In this document: positions 18,078-27,789 of the stretch, one piece after another | How the letters are laid out: every line of letters starts with the position of its first letter | How positions within the stretch are numbered: position 1 is the first letter of the stretch | Origin: Candidatus Dadabacteria bacterium | Lineage (GTDB): Bacteria; Desulfobacterota_D; UBA1144; Nemesobacterales; CSP1-2 | DNA length: 64,000 bases | Assembly: GCA_963805855.1 (NCBI GenBank) | Contig: CAWDVW010000007.1 | Coordinates: forward strand, 576,001-640,000 | Reading direction: 5' to 3' | Notes under the pieces: generated by a model | Database searches by the model: none | The model's input: the letters and a program-made list of their open reading frames with translations, nothing else | What the model was told of the DNA's origin: nothing | Made by a program: the position numbers and the translations under genes

Positions 18078-19637
18078 TTAACCCTCTATCGAGATAAGGA
18101 TTTTTATATCCGTTCCCGTTACTTGTAAACCTGTCTCGTTTTTGTTTTCATCGCTTGTAGTGCTGTAAATTTCAATCCTCCCACCATGGTCATGAATAAT
18201 TCTGTGGCTAATCGAAAGCCCAAGCCCCGTGCCGTCTCTCTTTGTTGTAAAGAATGGATCAAAGACCTTTTTCTTCAATCCCAGTGGGATACCCGGCCCG
18301 TTATCTCGAATTGAGACAATGATAAAAGTTCCATTAAGGGAAGTCCTGAGGGTCAGGATTCCACGCCCCTGTACTGCGTGAACCGCATTGGCGATTATAT
18401 TCATAAAAACCCGTTGTATTTGACCCGGATCACAATATACCGGAGGAAGATTTCTTGAGAAATCATCGCTTACAACCATTCTTTCGAAGTTCAGACTATG
18501 TCGTAACATATTGAGCGATTCCCCTAGTAGGGAATTTATGTCACAGGGGGTCTTATCAGGAATATTGTGTCTCGAAAAATCAAGCAGTTCATTGATTATC
18601 CGTATGCATCTATTAGTGTCCTCATTGATTTTTTCAAGCTCATTGTAAAGATCGGAGCTTACTTCGACATCTTCCATCAAAAGACCAACGCTCATAAGGA
18701 TGCTTGTCAACGGATTATTGAGCTCATGAGCAACTCCGCCGGCTAAGAGTCCTATCGAGGCTAACTTTTCGGACTGGCGTAGATCCTCGTCCTTTCGCAT
18801 CAATTCCTCTGTTCTCTGCTTGACCTTCTCTTCCAGAGTTCTGCTGTAGTTTTCGATCTGTCCTCTGTACCTTTTAATTTCATCAATCATGGAGTTAAAC
18901 GATTCGGAAAGCTCTCCCACCTCGTCACGCTGTGCGACATTAACATGCCAGTCCAGGTTCCCTTCGATAATATGTTTGGTGCCCCGCATGAGACTACGGA
19001 TAGGATTGGCTATTTTTCGGGAAATGATGTACGCGACGGATGTTGACATTGCTATGACCAATAGAGTAAAGACAAATAGATAGCGAAGAGCCTTACGGCC
19101 CTCCTCGTGCGATTGCGTCTGGAGCAGCTGGACACGTTCAATCAGCGACCGGGACATAAAGTTAAGACGCGTACTCAGAAAGTAAAGTATATTGTTAATC
19201 TCGTTAACTACATTTGTACCCTCGGAGTTCCTTGACGGATTGTCGAGACCAAAGAGCCCTTGGGCAAGAGCCTTCACGTTGCTCACACCGAGAAGAGTAC
19301 TGTTTGCCATTTCCCTTGGCTCCTTTGACGCAAAGTGGCAGGAAGAATTTGCACAGCTGTTTAGTTTCTTATCAACTGTGTTTAATAATCTGTCAAAACT
19401 ATCCCTGGTACGAATATCCTTATTAACAATATATTCGCTCACCGGCATAACTAGGTTTGCAACGGCTATGTTTAACTCTCTGGTCGCCTCAAGGGAGGTG
19501 TTAATTTCCTCCAGCTCGTTATTTATCCCGATGAGTTTGCGAATCGAGTAATAACTGAATCCTCCCAATATAAGAGCTGCCGGTATTAAAACAACCAGAA
19601 AACCGAGCATCAGTTTAGTGGCTATAGTTATCCTCAT
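18078..19637 (-). CDS. HAMP-containing sensor histidine kinase with periplasmic CX4CH motif
   Basis: TM-periplasmic-TM-HAMP-HisKA (AHELNNPL)-HATPase (DNGPG, GTGLGL); periplasmic CANSSCH; start set at ATG 19637. Confidence 0.92.
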   Translation of the reverse strand: MRITIATKLMLGFLVVLIPAALILGGFSYYSIRKLIGINNELEEINTSLEATRELNIAVANLVMPVSEYIVNKDIRTRDSFDRLLNTVDKKLNSCANSSCHFASKEPREMANSTLLGVSNVKALAQGLFGLDNPSRNSEGTNVVNEINNILYFLSTRLNFMSRSLIERVQLLQTQSHEEGRKALRYLFVFTLLVIAMSTSVAYIISRKIANPIRSLMRGTKHIIEGNLDWHVNVAQRDEVGELSESFNSMIDEIKRYRGQIENYSRTLEEKVKQRTEELMRKDEDLRQSEKLASIGLLAGGVAHELNNPLTSILMSVGLLMEDVEVSSDLYNELEKINEDTNRCIRIINELLDFSRHNIPDKTPCDINSLLGESLNMLRHSLNFERMVVSDDFSRNLPPVYCDPGQIQRVFMNIIANAVHAVQGRGILTLRTSLNGTFIIVSIRDNGPGIPLGLKKKVFDPFFTTKRDGTGLGLSISHRIIHDHGGRIEIYSTTSDENKNETGLQVTGTDIKILISIEG

Positions 19638-19937
19638 ATTGATCAAGAAGACGTTTTGCAAGAACGATACCACGGAAAATCGTGTTCGTATCGTGGGTAG
19701 TCAGTTGAAGAATGTTGTAAGGTGTCCTAAATTCAGACGGCACAAATTGATGGTGTCATTCTCATGAAGAGGCTGGTAAGCGACTTCACAGCATATTGAC
19801 CCGCGAATTCTCATTAGCTTCCTACAGGCTTGGCACCGTCACCAATGTGATACACAATCCTCCGCTTCTGCGTCATTGCTAAATTTGCCCTTTGATTTGC
19901 TCAGGATAAGCTCCCAATTTAAAATAATCTCAGAACC

Positions 19938-20013
19938 CGTCATTCCCGCGGACTGTTAGCGGGAATCCACCTCTTTATTTCTGGATCCCCGACAGATATC
20001 CTCGGGGATGACA
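19938..20013. repeat. CGTCAT..ATGACA-tagged double-hairpin repeat (ATTCCC-GGGAAT type)
   Basis: CGTCATTCCCGC-N9-GCGGGAATCCA...TGGATCCCCGA-N9-TCGGGGATGACA; sister copy at 27216-27292. Confidence 0.8.
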
Positions 20014-20351
20014 ACCGGGGGATCCGGCCTCCCGAAAAATCCTGTCCCTGCATATTTCTGGTGGTAGTAAGTCCTAACCCGGGTTTGCTCCCATTCTGTC
20101 TTTGCGAGGAGTTTTATCCCGAAGCAATCTCATTTTTTTCGTTTGAGTTTGCTAGGCCCCCTTCGGGTAGGTCACGAGTCTTGCTCGTGACAAAAAAGGC
20201 AATGAATTAAGAGACTGCTTTTTCGTATGCTTATACCCCGCAGCTTGCTGACAGCTTATTTATATATGAACAGGCTTACTTGCTGATCCTTGATGTAACC
20301 TGTCACAAATCCGGGCTCGATTTGCCTAATCTATTCCCCTCTTCGCCGGAA

Positions 20352-20691
20352 TTAGTTAGCTTTCTTCAGGCTCATCAAATATGCCACCAAGTCCTGTAGC
20401 TCTTCATCGCTCCCTTTGAAAACAGGCATCTTGGCTTCAGGCAAAAGAGATTTCGGATTCCTTCATGTATTTTGTCAACCACTCGGCATCCCTTTTATCG
20501 CCTACATCAGAGAGGTCTCCACCTTTCTTACCGCCACTTCCATCTACCGTGTGACATAGGCCACACTTTTTTGCACTAAAAAGCTCTTTCCCCTTATCTG
20601 CTGATCCTTCCTGAGCCTGGGCAAGGCTACCGCTCATAGCGGAACCCATCAAAATAGCGATCCCAATTATAAGAATTAATATATGCTTCAT
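20352..20691 (-). CDS. Small monoheme cytochrome c (paralog of 2077-2409) with a +1 frameshift near 20458
   Basis: MKHILIL.. CGLCH.. WLTKYMK; removing one base restores (D/N)PKSLLPEAKMPVFKGSDEELQDLVAYLMSLKKAN* ending at 20352; AAAGGAGG SD. Confidence 0.85.
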
Positions 20692-20874
20692 CTCGAACGA
20701 GCCTCCTTTTATAAAAAGATTAATTTTCGACTTCATACCTTCTCCTAACACCCTTCTACATAACCTATAAACCTCGTAATCCATCTATTGTTTCAAGCAT
20801 TAGCCTGATAATTCCCTGCAGCTTGTTACTGGCTATACACTGTCCCTGCTTTGACACACAACCCCACCGTTGTG

Positions 20875-20980
20875 CGTCATTGCGAAATTTGAGAAGAAAA
20901 TTGAAGCAATCTTATCTTTTCTTACTTGTTTTAGATTGCTTCGTCCCCTTCGGCCTGGCTCAGGGTTCCTCGCAATGACA
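20875..20980. repeat. CGTCATTGCGA..GAAGCAATCT / AGATTGCTTC..TCGCAATGACA palindromic repeat
   Basis: Inverted pair of hairpin units; sister copy at 26955-27077; half copy at 20097-20130. Confidence 0.8.
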
Positions 20981-21150
20981 CGATTGACTGATTGTTTAGG
21001 TATTGATACTCTGCCGCCTGTTGCCAGCCTATTTGCACTTTTTTCGTAATAGCTACATTTGCATCGCATGTTTCGTATAAATAAATCTTCTATTCTGAGA
21101 GAGTCATTTGTAAGTTATGGATAAAACTCTTCTTTTGTTTTAAGCCCGGA

Positions 21151-21708
21151 TTACTTCTTCTCCTGCTCCTCTCGCATATGCTCCTGAATCCCCTCCCATT
21201 CCTTTATAGAGCCCGCTGTTATGGGGCTGATAGATGTTGTGGGAATCAGAGGATAAAAATGGACCCCGCTCTTAACGTGGCAGTTAACACAACTAGCATA
21301 GAGCTTTCCGAAAGCGGCCTGAAACACATCCGATTGTTTGGAATCTATCGCTTCGATTAGCCCCGGAAAGTTCGCTGAGAGAAGTCCCTCTATTCCCGGT
21401 CTTCTCGTCGGATCGACGACTGCCGCCTTTTCCAATGTCTCTTTGATCTTCCTTGCTTGGAGGTTTGCATATTGTGTTTTCCCGGTAACCCCCGCTGCAA
21501 ACAACTCATTAAGGCGGATTCCAGTCCACAACATGAGGTCCGCATAGGACGGTTGAACAAGTCCGAGCTCATTTACCTTTTCTTCAGTTGATCCCGTAAG
21601 CCAAGCAGGCAAGGGAGGTTTATAAAAGCCCGTCTCCTTCTTGACAGCTAATCCTACTCCAACAATGAGAAAGGAGATAATGATTGAAACAAATAAGGCT
21701 TTCTTCAT
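21151..21708 (-). CDS. Monoheme helical cytochrome c (cytochrome c'-like, C-terminal CxxCH)
   Basis: N-terminal signal/anchor, helical body, LYASCVNCH near the C-terminus. Confidence 0.75.
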   Translation of the reverse strand: MKKALFVSIIISFLIVGVGLAVKKETGFYKPPLPAWLTGSTEEKVNELGLVQPSYADLMLWTGIRLNELFAAGVTGKTQYANLQARKIKETLEKAAVVDPTRRPGIEGLLSANFPGLIEAIDSKQSDVFQAAFGKLYASCVNCHVKSGVHFYPLIPTTSISPITAGSIKEWEGIQEHMREEQEKK

Positions 21709-21854
21709 ATGACTTATCCTCCGTGTCTGAAATTACTGTGAAACATTGTATCTGGAATCCAGTTAGAATCAAGGATTTAAACACACGATTAAGCCCTGCT
21801 GAGCTGTTCTACCATTTCAAAGCCGTTGCTGGCATATTCTTTAAAAAGTATGAA

Positions 21855-22388
21855 TCAATTAGGCGTAACATGACAATTCTTACAGAGCTTGCTATCTTCG
21901 ACTGGAAGGCGGAGACGCACCTTTGTTTTCTGGGGTAGCCCAATCTTTCCCCCAAACTCAGGGATTACAACTTGGGCTAGAAAATCCTTCTCATGTTTTC
22001 CAAGATTTGCGTCATAGACGACCCTGCCTTCGATGATTCCCTGTGGATGGGGGTCATGACAAGAAAAACACGCAATCTTGTTGTTCTCATCCCCCGGAAG
22101 ACTACTCGATTGGGGAATCGAGTATTCCAAGTGCTCCTTTGATCCGACATGATGAGTTGGCAAATGGCACACCAGACAGACCTCTGACGGTTCAAAGTTG
22201 AGAAGGTACTTAGGCGCCTTCTCTCCCGGCTTAGGCATCTCGGAATGGCAAAAAAGGCAATTGTTTTCATCCTTAGGATTTTGCTCCATCGCCGCGTGGG
22301 GACTTTCTTGAGCTCCGGAAATCGAATACGGAAGCAAAACGAAAACTATCAATACTAATATCTTCTTGCCTCTTAATCTACCTGTCAT
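21855..22388 (-). CDS. Periplasmic tetraheme cytochrome c
   Basis: CLFCH, CLVCH, CFSCHDPH, CKNCH; signal peptide. Confidence 0.88.
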   Translation of the reverse strand: MTGRLRGKKILVLIVFVLLPYSISGAQESPHAAMEQNPKDENNCLFCHSEMPKPGEKAPKYLLNFEPSEVCLVCHLPTHHVGSKEHLEYSIPQSSSLPGDENNKIACFSCHDPHPQGIIEGRVVYDANLGKHEKDFLAQVVIPEFGGKIGLPQKTKVRLRLPVEDSKLCKNCHVTPN

Positions 22389-23004
22389 ATCCGCCTCTCA
22401 TATGGCATTTTTCACAGAAAGACTTAAGCTCGTGACAGTTCCCACATTCTCTGGGATTTGCTCTGGCTTCAATCCCATGAATAAATCTAAAATTCCTGTC
22501 GTGAACCCTCAAGGTGGGAAGATCTCTCCTCTTATGGCAATCTTCGCAGAACCTGGGGCTGTGGCAGGTGTTGCAAAAAGTCGCATCCGCCTTCGCGAAT
22601 ACTGCATGTTTTACTCTCCAGTCGAAGTTATGGTTGGCCGGCATGATATCGCGCATGTTGGTATGGCAAGTGTCACAACTACTCGGTGCGATACTGCCCG
22701 CCTGAGGATTAAAATGACAAAAATGACAGGTTTGTTTACCCGGGACGAGAGCCTCATGTGAAATTTCGGCTCTTTTCTCTTGTTCTTGTTCCTTCGCTTC
22801 TATTACAAAACCCACCGGATGACATACTTGACAGTTAAATCCCTCTTGGCTCAGAACCTTCTGATGCACTTTGTGAGAAAACTTCTGCTGGGGTGTGACC
22901 GGCTTGTTCTTTTGCCACCCCCACTCGATGTCACGCTCCTGCTTGCGGCATCCGTAAAATGCAACGAGAACCAAAAGTGTAATCAAGAAAAGTTTCTTCT
23001 TCAT
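22378..23004 (-). CDS. Heptaheme lipoprotein cytochrome c
   Basis: Lipobox FYGC; 7 closely spaced CxxCH. Confidence 0.88.
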   Translation of the reverse strand: MKKKLFLITLLVLVAFYGCRKQERDIEWGWQKNKPVTPQQKFSHKVHQKVLSQEGFNCQVCHPVGFVIEAKEQEQEKRAEISHEALVPGKQTCHFCHFNPQAGSIAPSSCDTCHTNMRDIMPANHNFDWRVKHAVFAKADATFCNTCHSPRFCEDCHKRRDLPTLRVHDRNFRFIHGIEARANPRECGNCHELKSFCEKCHMRGGYDR

Positions 23005-24302
23005 TTTGTCACCGAGAAATTATAGCTGAGTCCCAAGTCAACTCTCGCGTCCTGATTGAAATCAGGATTCGTATTTAATTCAACATCAGCCCTTAATACC
23101 AGGTTTTTAATAAGAAGGTATTCAAAGCCCATTATGTAGCTAAATGCGTTACCCTTCTGATTGGTTATCTTTTTGTAATTGGCATAGGCAAAGGCGAATT
23201 GTAAATCCAATCCGTTGTAGATCTGTTCGTTTAAATTAAAATTGAGACCAAACGCATGGTCCTTGTCCCCTGCATCGATATAATAAAAACCATTAAACGC
23301 CGTGAGACCGATATCGCGCCAGAAGTCCCACGAAAATCCAAGCCGTGCGATATTCCCGTTTCTGTCTATATCATCAAGAATATGGTAGTTAGAATAGGCG
23401 TAACTGGCTTTAACCGTGAGGAAATTGGCAGGTATTAAGGTCACACCCACCTTGGCCTGATTAAGGCGTCCAACCGAAAAGATGTCATAAATCGGATCAA
23501 GCTGGAATTTTTCCCGCTCCTCATCAAGATTGTAGTTATCGTATTCGAGATTGACGTATAGGGATTTAGTCACTGTGATTCCCAATCCGGCTGTCCCCAA
23601 GCCTAGATTTCCCTGGCCTACATCAATTTCGGCCAGGCCGTAAAATTCTGCGAAATCGGTAAAAGGTATAGCCCTGTTGAGGGAGATATTTACAAAGTTT
23701 CTTGAGGAAAAATCCTGCGGATTATAAAATTGATAGCCGACTGAGAATAAAGCGCCCAGGATCTTACTGGACTTCAATTTAATTCCTGCTGCAGCAAAGC
23801 TTCTGAAAGGTCTCTCGGGCTCAGGCTGGAGATCTTTATCCTGGTACCCGCCGTACGCTACAAGTTCGATTCCGTCCACCGGCTTAAACCTTACCAAACC
23901 GCCGTCGAGAAGAAAAAAGGTGACGCTTTCTGTTATGATCTGCCTGCCTAAACGAACCTCAAACGTATTTGATTTATTAGAATATTGTAAAAATGCGTTA
24001 TAAACATCGAAAGACTCGTCCTCGCCACTGAATATATCCCTGTATCTCATAAAGGTGTTAAAAGAGAGGCCGCTTGATGGGCTTGAGGCATTCAATTCCA
24101 GATACTGATAAAACGGATAGAGATTCTTTCTGCTTCTATCCGGCGGAGTACGAATCGGACTGGGCGCCTGAAATAGAGAAAGGGTGTTCCCGAAGAAACC
24201 TAAGCTTCTCGGACGGACCATCTCTTCCTGGCCGTACCCAGACCTTTCCCCCAACAAGATGATTAGAATTATGAATGATGCGGGTAGAAATGCTCTTTTC
24301 AC
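23001..24302 (-). CDS. Outer-membrane beta-barrel (porin of a porin-cytochrome conduit)
   Basis: Signal peptide; VRLGRQ..LDGG motif; alternating aromatic/hydrophobic strands; ends LGLSYNF; no CxxCH; translationally coupled between cytochrome genes. Confidence 0.75.
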   Translation of the reverse strand: MKRAFLPASFIILIILLGERSGYGQEEMVRPRSLGFFGNTLSLFQAPSPIRTPPDRSRKNLYPFYQYLELNASSPSSGLSFNTFMRYRDIFSGEDESFDVYNAFLQYSNKSNTFEVRLGRQIITESVTFFLLDGGLVRFKPVDGIELVAYGGYQDKDLQPEPERPFRSFAAAGIKLKSSKILGALFSVGYQFYNPQDFSSRNFVNISLNRAIPFTDFAEFYGLAEIDVGQGNLGLGTAGLGITVTKSLYVNLEYDNYNLDEEREKFQLDPIYDIFSVGRLNQAKVGVTLIPANFLTVKASYAYSNYHILDDIDRNGNIARLGFSWDFWRDIGLTAFNGFYYIDAGDKDHAFGLNFNLNEQIYNGLDLQFAFAYANYKKITNQKGNAFSYIMGFEYLLIKNLVLRADVELNTNPDFNQDARVDLGLSYNFSVTK

Positions 24303-24598
24303 TCATCAACTCCGTTATCACCATGACATATAGGACAAGCAGCAAGCCCTTCTTCGTCAACCAGTGCCTGAATATCCTCTAACGGAAGTAGACCCCCGGT
24401 GCGGTCGACCTGATGAATGTCAAATTCCGGGTGGCATGCGAAGCAATCCGAACGACCCCATCCGTCCGGGTGCTCTTCTATTGTAAGAATTAACCCTTCA
24501 GGGCTGTCAAGAATATTGCCAAAGCCTTGACCCTGGTTTTCTTCGCCTACGCAACCTATGATCAATAAAATCAATAAAATCGCCAGTAGGCTCTTCAT
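24299..24598 (-). CDS. Small diheme lipoprotein cytochrome c
   Basis: Lipobox IIGC; CFACH and CPICH. Confidence 0.85.
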   Translation of the reverse strand: MKSLLAILLILLIIGCVGEENQGQGFGNILDSPEGLILTIEEHPDGWGRSDCFACHPEFDIHQVDRTGGLLPLEDIQALVDEEGLAACPICHGDNGVDE

Positions 24599-24615
24599 AT
24601 GATTACCTCGCTAAA

Positions 24616-26779
24616 TCATTGAGGACGATTGATACGTTGATCCGGCGGGAGAAAAGGCAGATGTACCACTTCCACACCCAGAGGCTCACCAACGCCGTGG
24701 CAGTTTATACACGCGCTCTCAGGCTGAGGTCCTCCCAGATGGTTTTCTCCCGTAAGTGCGTCCCCAGCTGCATTGACTCCAAGATTGTCATGACATGCCG
24801 TGCATGTCGAAATAATCGGCGTGGTCGTAAAATTTGTCCAGCTTTCCAGTGTATCGTCAGTCTTTGTAAAGTCGCGTACGATGGTGTCCAGTATGTCAGG
24901 TCCTAAAATACCACGACCGGGGTCTAAAAGATTGGTGGTAGGCAGATGGCATACCTCACAGTCGGCCGTATTGCCCGGGTATAGGAGATCGCTAAAGTTC
25001 TGGGGGTTCCCGCCGAATCCGTAGATAATATAGGGTTTTACCGTCAGGTTCTCCCCTGTATGGATCTTATGGATCATGACCCTGAAATTAATCGAAGCCG
25101 TAGGCATCGCTGCGTCGGCGGGCCTTGTGTCTATGTCGTCGTTAGAGGGGTTATGGCAGAGGACACAATATTCGGTATTATTCCTGAGATTCCCGTGGAT
25201 GCTGAAGTCCTTGGAAAAAGTCCCATGGCAGGCATTACAGAACTGATCCTCCGTGGTATTATCAACTACAATCCGCCTCGGCACGGCGACTGGGTCGGTT
25301 ACAGGAAAATAGAAAACCACATTTTGCCCCGCCTCCTCCACTTCCTCCTGCAGGATAAGATTATTGCCCCCAACGGTTCTTGGAATCCTGCCTTCGATAC
25401 CCACGGCATACGTGCCCGTGCCATTCGGCGGTATCATTCCCTTAAACGTATAAGTAAAGTTTCCCGAAGCATCGGGACCCACCGAGTCTTGCGCCTGTCT
25501 TTCTCGCAAAACATTATCCTCTCCCGGCACGGGTGGTACATTGCCATGATAGTCCTGAATATTATAGTCTGTTGTAGGGCCGGATATCACCAGGCTCGAT
25601 GGAATTCATATCTTTCGGGTCAATAACGTCTCCGGCGTCCGTTTTAATGCTGTAAGTCACAACGGCATGCTCCCCCGGGCCCACCGTAGTCGACCCGGTC
25701 TCAGCACTCCGTACATCCACAATCTCGAAGTTCACCCCCGGGAGGGTGTCTGCCCTGAGCGGGATTGTATGAGCACCTGTCACAGAACGATCAAACTGTG
25801 TTCCAGAATCAGGAATGTGGCAGCCGGAACAATTTCCGTCGTTAAGCTGCACACCGCCGCCGTGGTTTTCTCCGGTGTCAAAGTTGACATCATCATGACA
25901 GGACCCGCAGGCCACCCTGGACGGATCTTCCTTATAGTCATCACTCTGAGTCGCTTGAGATGTATGACATTTTGTGCAGTTCCTTATGTCCTGAGGGAAC
26001 TCGACGTTAGAGTAATCGTGTCCTCCAACCACGTACGGGATTCCAGCCTCAACACTAGGGAGCATCGCCCCCCTGTGAATCTTATGCACCATGACCTTAA
26101 AATCGACGGTGTTGCCAGCGTCGTCAGTCGTCTGAGGGGTATGACATAGCACACAGAGCCTCACATCCCTCCTGAAACCACCGTGTAATGCTAGGGGATC
26201 ATGACAAACATTACAGGCGTCGGTACTCACTACATCCCTGACAACTGTCACCGTAGCTCCCGATGGCACAAAGTCAAACGCGCTGTTCGCAACAAACCTC
26301 CTAGCAACGTTATCAACGGTAGCCTGCCTGTCTGCATAAATACCCACAGTATGAGTTACATCCATCTCATAGCCTTCGGGCAGGACAGTATGAAAGGAAT
26401 ACTCATAAACACCATCACCTAGGGGTTCCAGGGTTCCCTCGTTTGAGTCTTCGGCGGCAGCTTGGCCGTCCTCGTTGGTTATGTAGTCGGTGTATTGGCT
26501 GTCACCCTTTCCAATGAATGCAATAATAAGGCGTATCCTCACGCCTTCAGTGGTCAGAGGGTTCCCCATATCGTCTGTAAGCTTAATGGTCACAATCGGT
26601 CTTCTATCAGGCGGTATCGTGGCATCAAGAATGTCGACTATTAGACCGCTGCCGGTAGCAAGCGGTGGGGGATTTACGCCCCCTCCTCCCCCGTCATCGC
26701 ATCCCACAAGTGTTAAGGAAAATCCCGATAAAATGATAAGTAAGAGATTAAAAAGGGTGTACTTTTTCACGGCTCTCAT
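24616..26779 (-). CDS. OmcA/MtrC-family decaheme lipoprotein cytochrome (about 720 aa), interrupted by a +1 frameshift near 25597
   Basis: Two ORFs with 5 CxxCH each. Motifs RDVVSTDACNVCH, VHKIHRG, FPQD/YPG and GPTTDY are typical of the family. Deleting one base gives MNSISLVISGPTTDY. Lipobox LVGC. Confidence 0.88.
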
Positions 26780-26829
26780 CCTCTCTTTTCAGTAGATATT
26801 TATATTATAAACTTTTATTCTAGTCAAGA

Positions 26830-26893
26830 GGCAATTTTAGTGCCAGGATATTGAAGTTTCTCTATTCTTGCAGTCTCGCAAGAATGGTGCCAA
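26830..26893 (-). promoter_or_regulatory. Two tandem sigma54 promoters upstream of the MtrC-like operon
   Basis: CTGGCACTAAAATTGCC (26830-26846) and TTGGCACCATTCTTGCG (26877-26893), both GG-N10-GC on the minus strand. Confidence 0.75.
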
Positions 26894-26954
26894 TAGTAGA
26901 ACCTTTCGTTATCCCCTGTAATCGGATGGATAACCAAACCCTCTGCCGGAGTGC

Positions 26955-27077
26955 TGTCATTGCGAGCGTTAGCGAAGCAATCTGCAACCCAACTACTGTA
27001 TAGGCCGCTGCAAATCGAAACGCTCTGCTGATTTTGCAGCAGATTGCTTCGGGACTTTTCAGTCCCTCGCAATGACA
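26955..27077. repeat. TGTCATTGCGAG..GAAGCAATCT / AGATTGCTTC..CTCGCAATGACA palindromic repeat
   Basis: Same family as 20875-20980. Confidence 0.8.
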
Positions 27078-27087
27078 CTTCCCGGAC

Positions 27088-27567
27088 TGCCATTGGCGTA
27101 GATGCCAAGTAATTCGGGGACAGAATCTTCATAAGCTTCTCCCTCATTTGTATTAACCTTATTTCTATCTTCTTTGTCTTGATACAAAGACGCAAAAATC
27201 AAGGTTGTCCCCTTTTGTCATTCCCGCGGATTGTTGGCGGGAATCCATGCTTTTTCGCTCTGGATCCCCGACTACCGATTTCGGGGATGACACAATGACT
27301 TCAAGAAATTTAATCCAACTGCAACCCGGTCATCCTGAGCCCGGTCGAAGGATGATTTTAGATCACCAGGTCGAGTAATTGCACACTTCGATGAACTCAG
27401 TGTGAACGGGTTAGGAAGATTTTAACGCGTTCATTCTCGATTATCGTAACGCAATTTTTGGAAGGCCATTAAAGTCATTTTCATTCCAAAAAGCATTAAT
27501 CAAGATATATTTATCCACTAAATCGTATGAATTTTCCCCGAAATATCTAACATCTACAGCAATGACG
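27088..27567. mobile_element. MITE-like element (family of 35041-35374) with nested palindromic repeats
   Basis: Degenerate TIRs; shared internal blocks TTCTTTGTCTTGATACAAAGA and ACGCAATTTTTGGAAGGCC; nested units at 27216-27292 and about 27328-27410. Confidence 0.65.
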
Positions 27568-27732
27568 GTTCCGCGGCTGGCATTGCGAACACTTCGATTC
27601 CTCAGGGCAGGATTGCTCGTGACTATGGGCTATCTCAAGTCAGGGGGCAATTTTAGTGTCAATTTTAGTGCTAACATGGTGAAGCACACAGCATATTTTG
27701 CCTAGCAAAAATCATGCTTGGATCTGAATCTC

Positions 27733-27766
27733 AAAGGCGGCAAGGCTGGTTGGCCTTGCCGCTTGT
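27733..27766 (-). terminator. GC-rich hairpin downstream of the lipoprotein cytochrome gene
   Basis: GCGGCAAGGC-loop-GCCTTGCCGC. Confidence 0.55.
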
Positions 27767-27789
27767 GAACTCTTTAAACCGTATGACTG

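Noticed and set aside
20233-20250. ATACCCCGCAGCTTGCTG, resembling IS200/IS605-type end hairpins (weaker copy near 20811)
   Set aside because: Incomplete hairpin, no associated transposase, too short to support.
25562-25610. Programmed ribosomal frameshift in the MtrC-like gene
   Set aside because: No slippery sequence or stimulatory structure visible; an error or mutation is more parsimonious.
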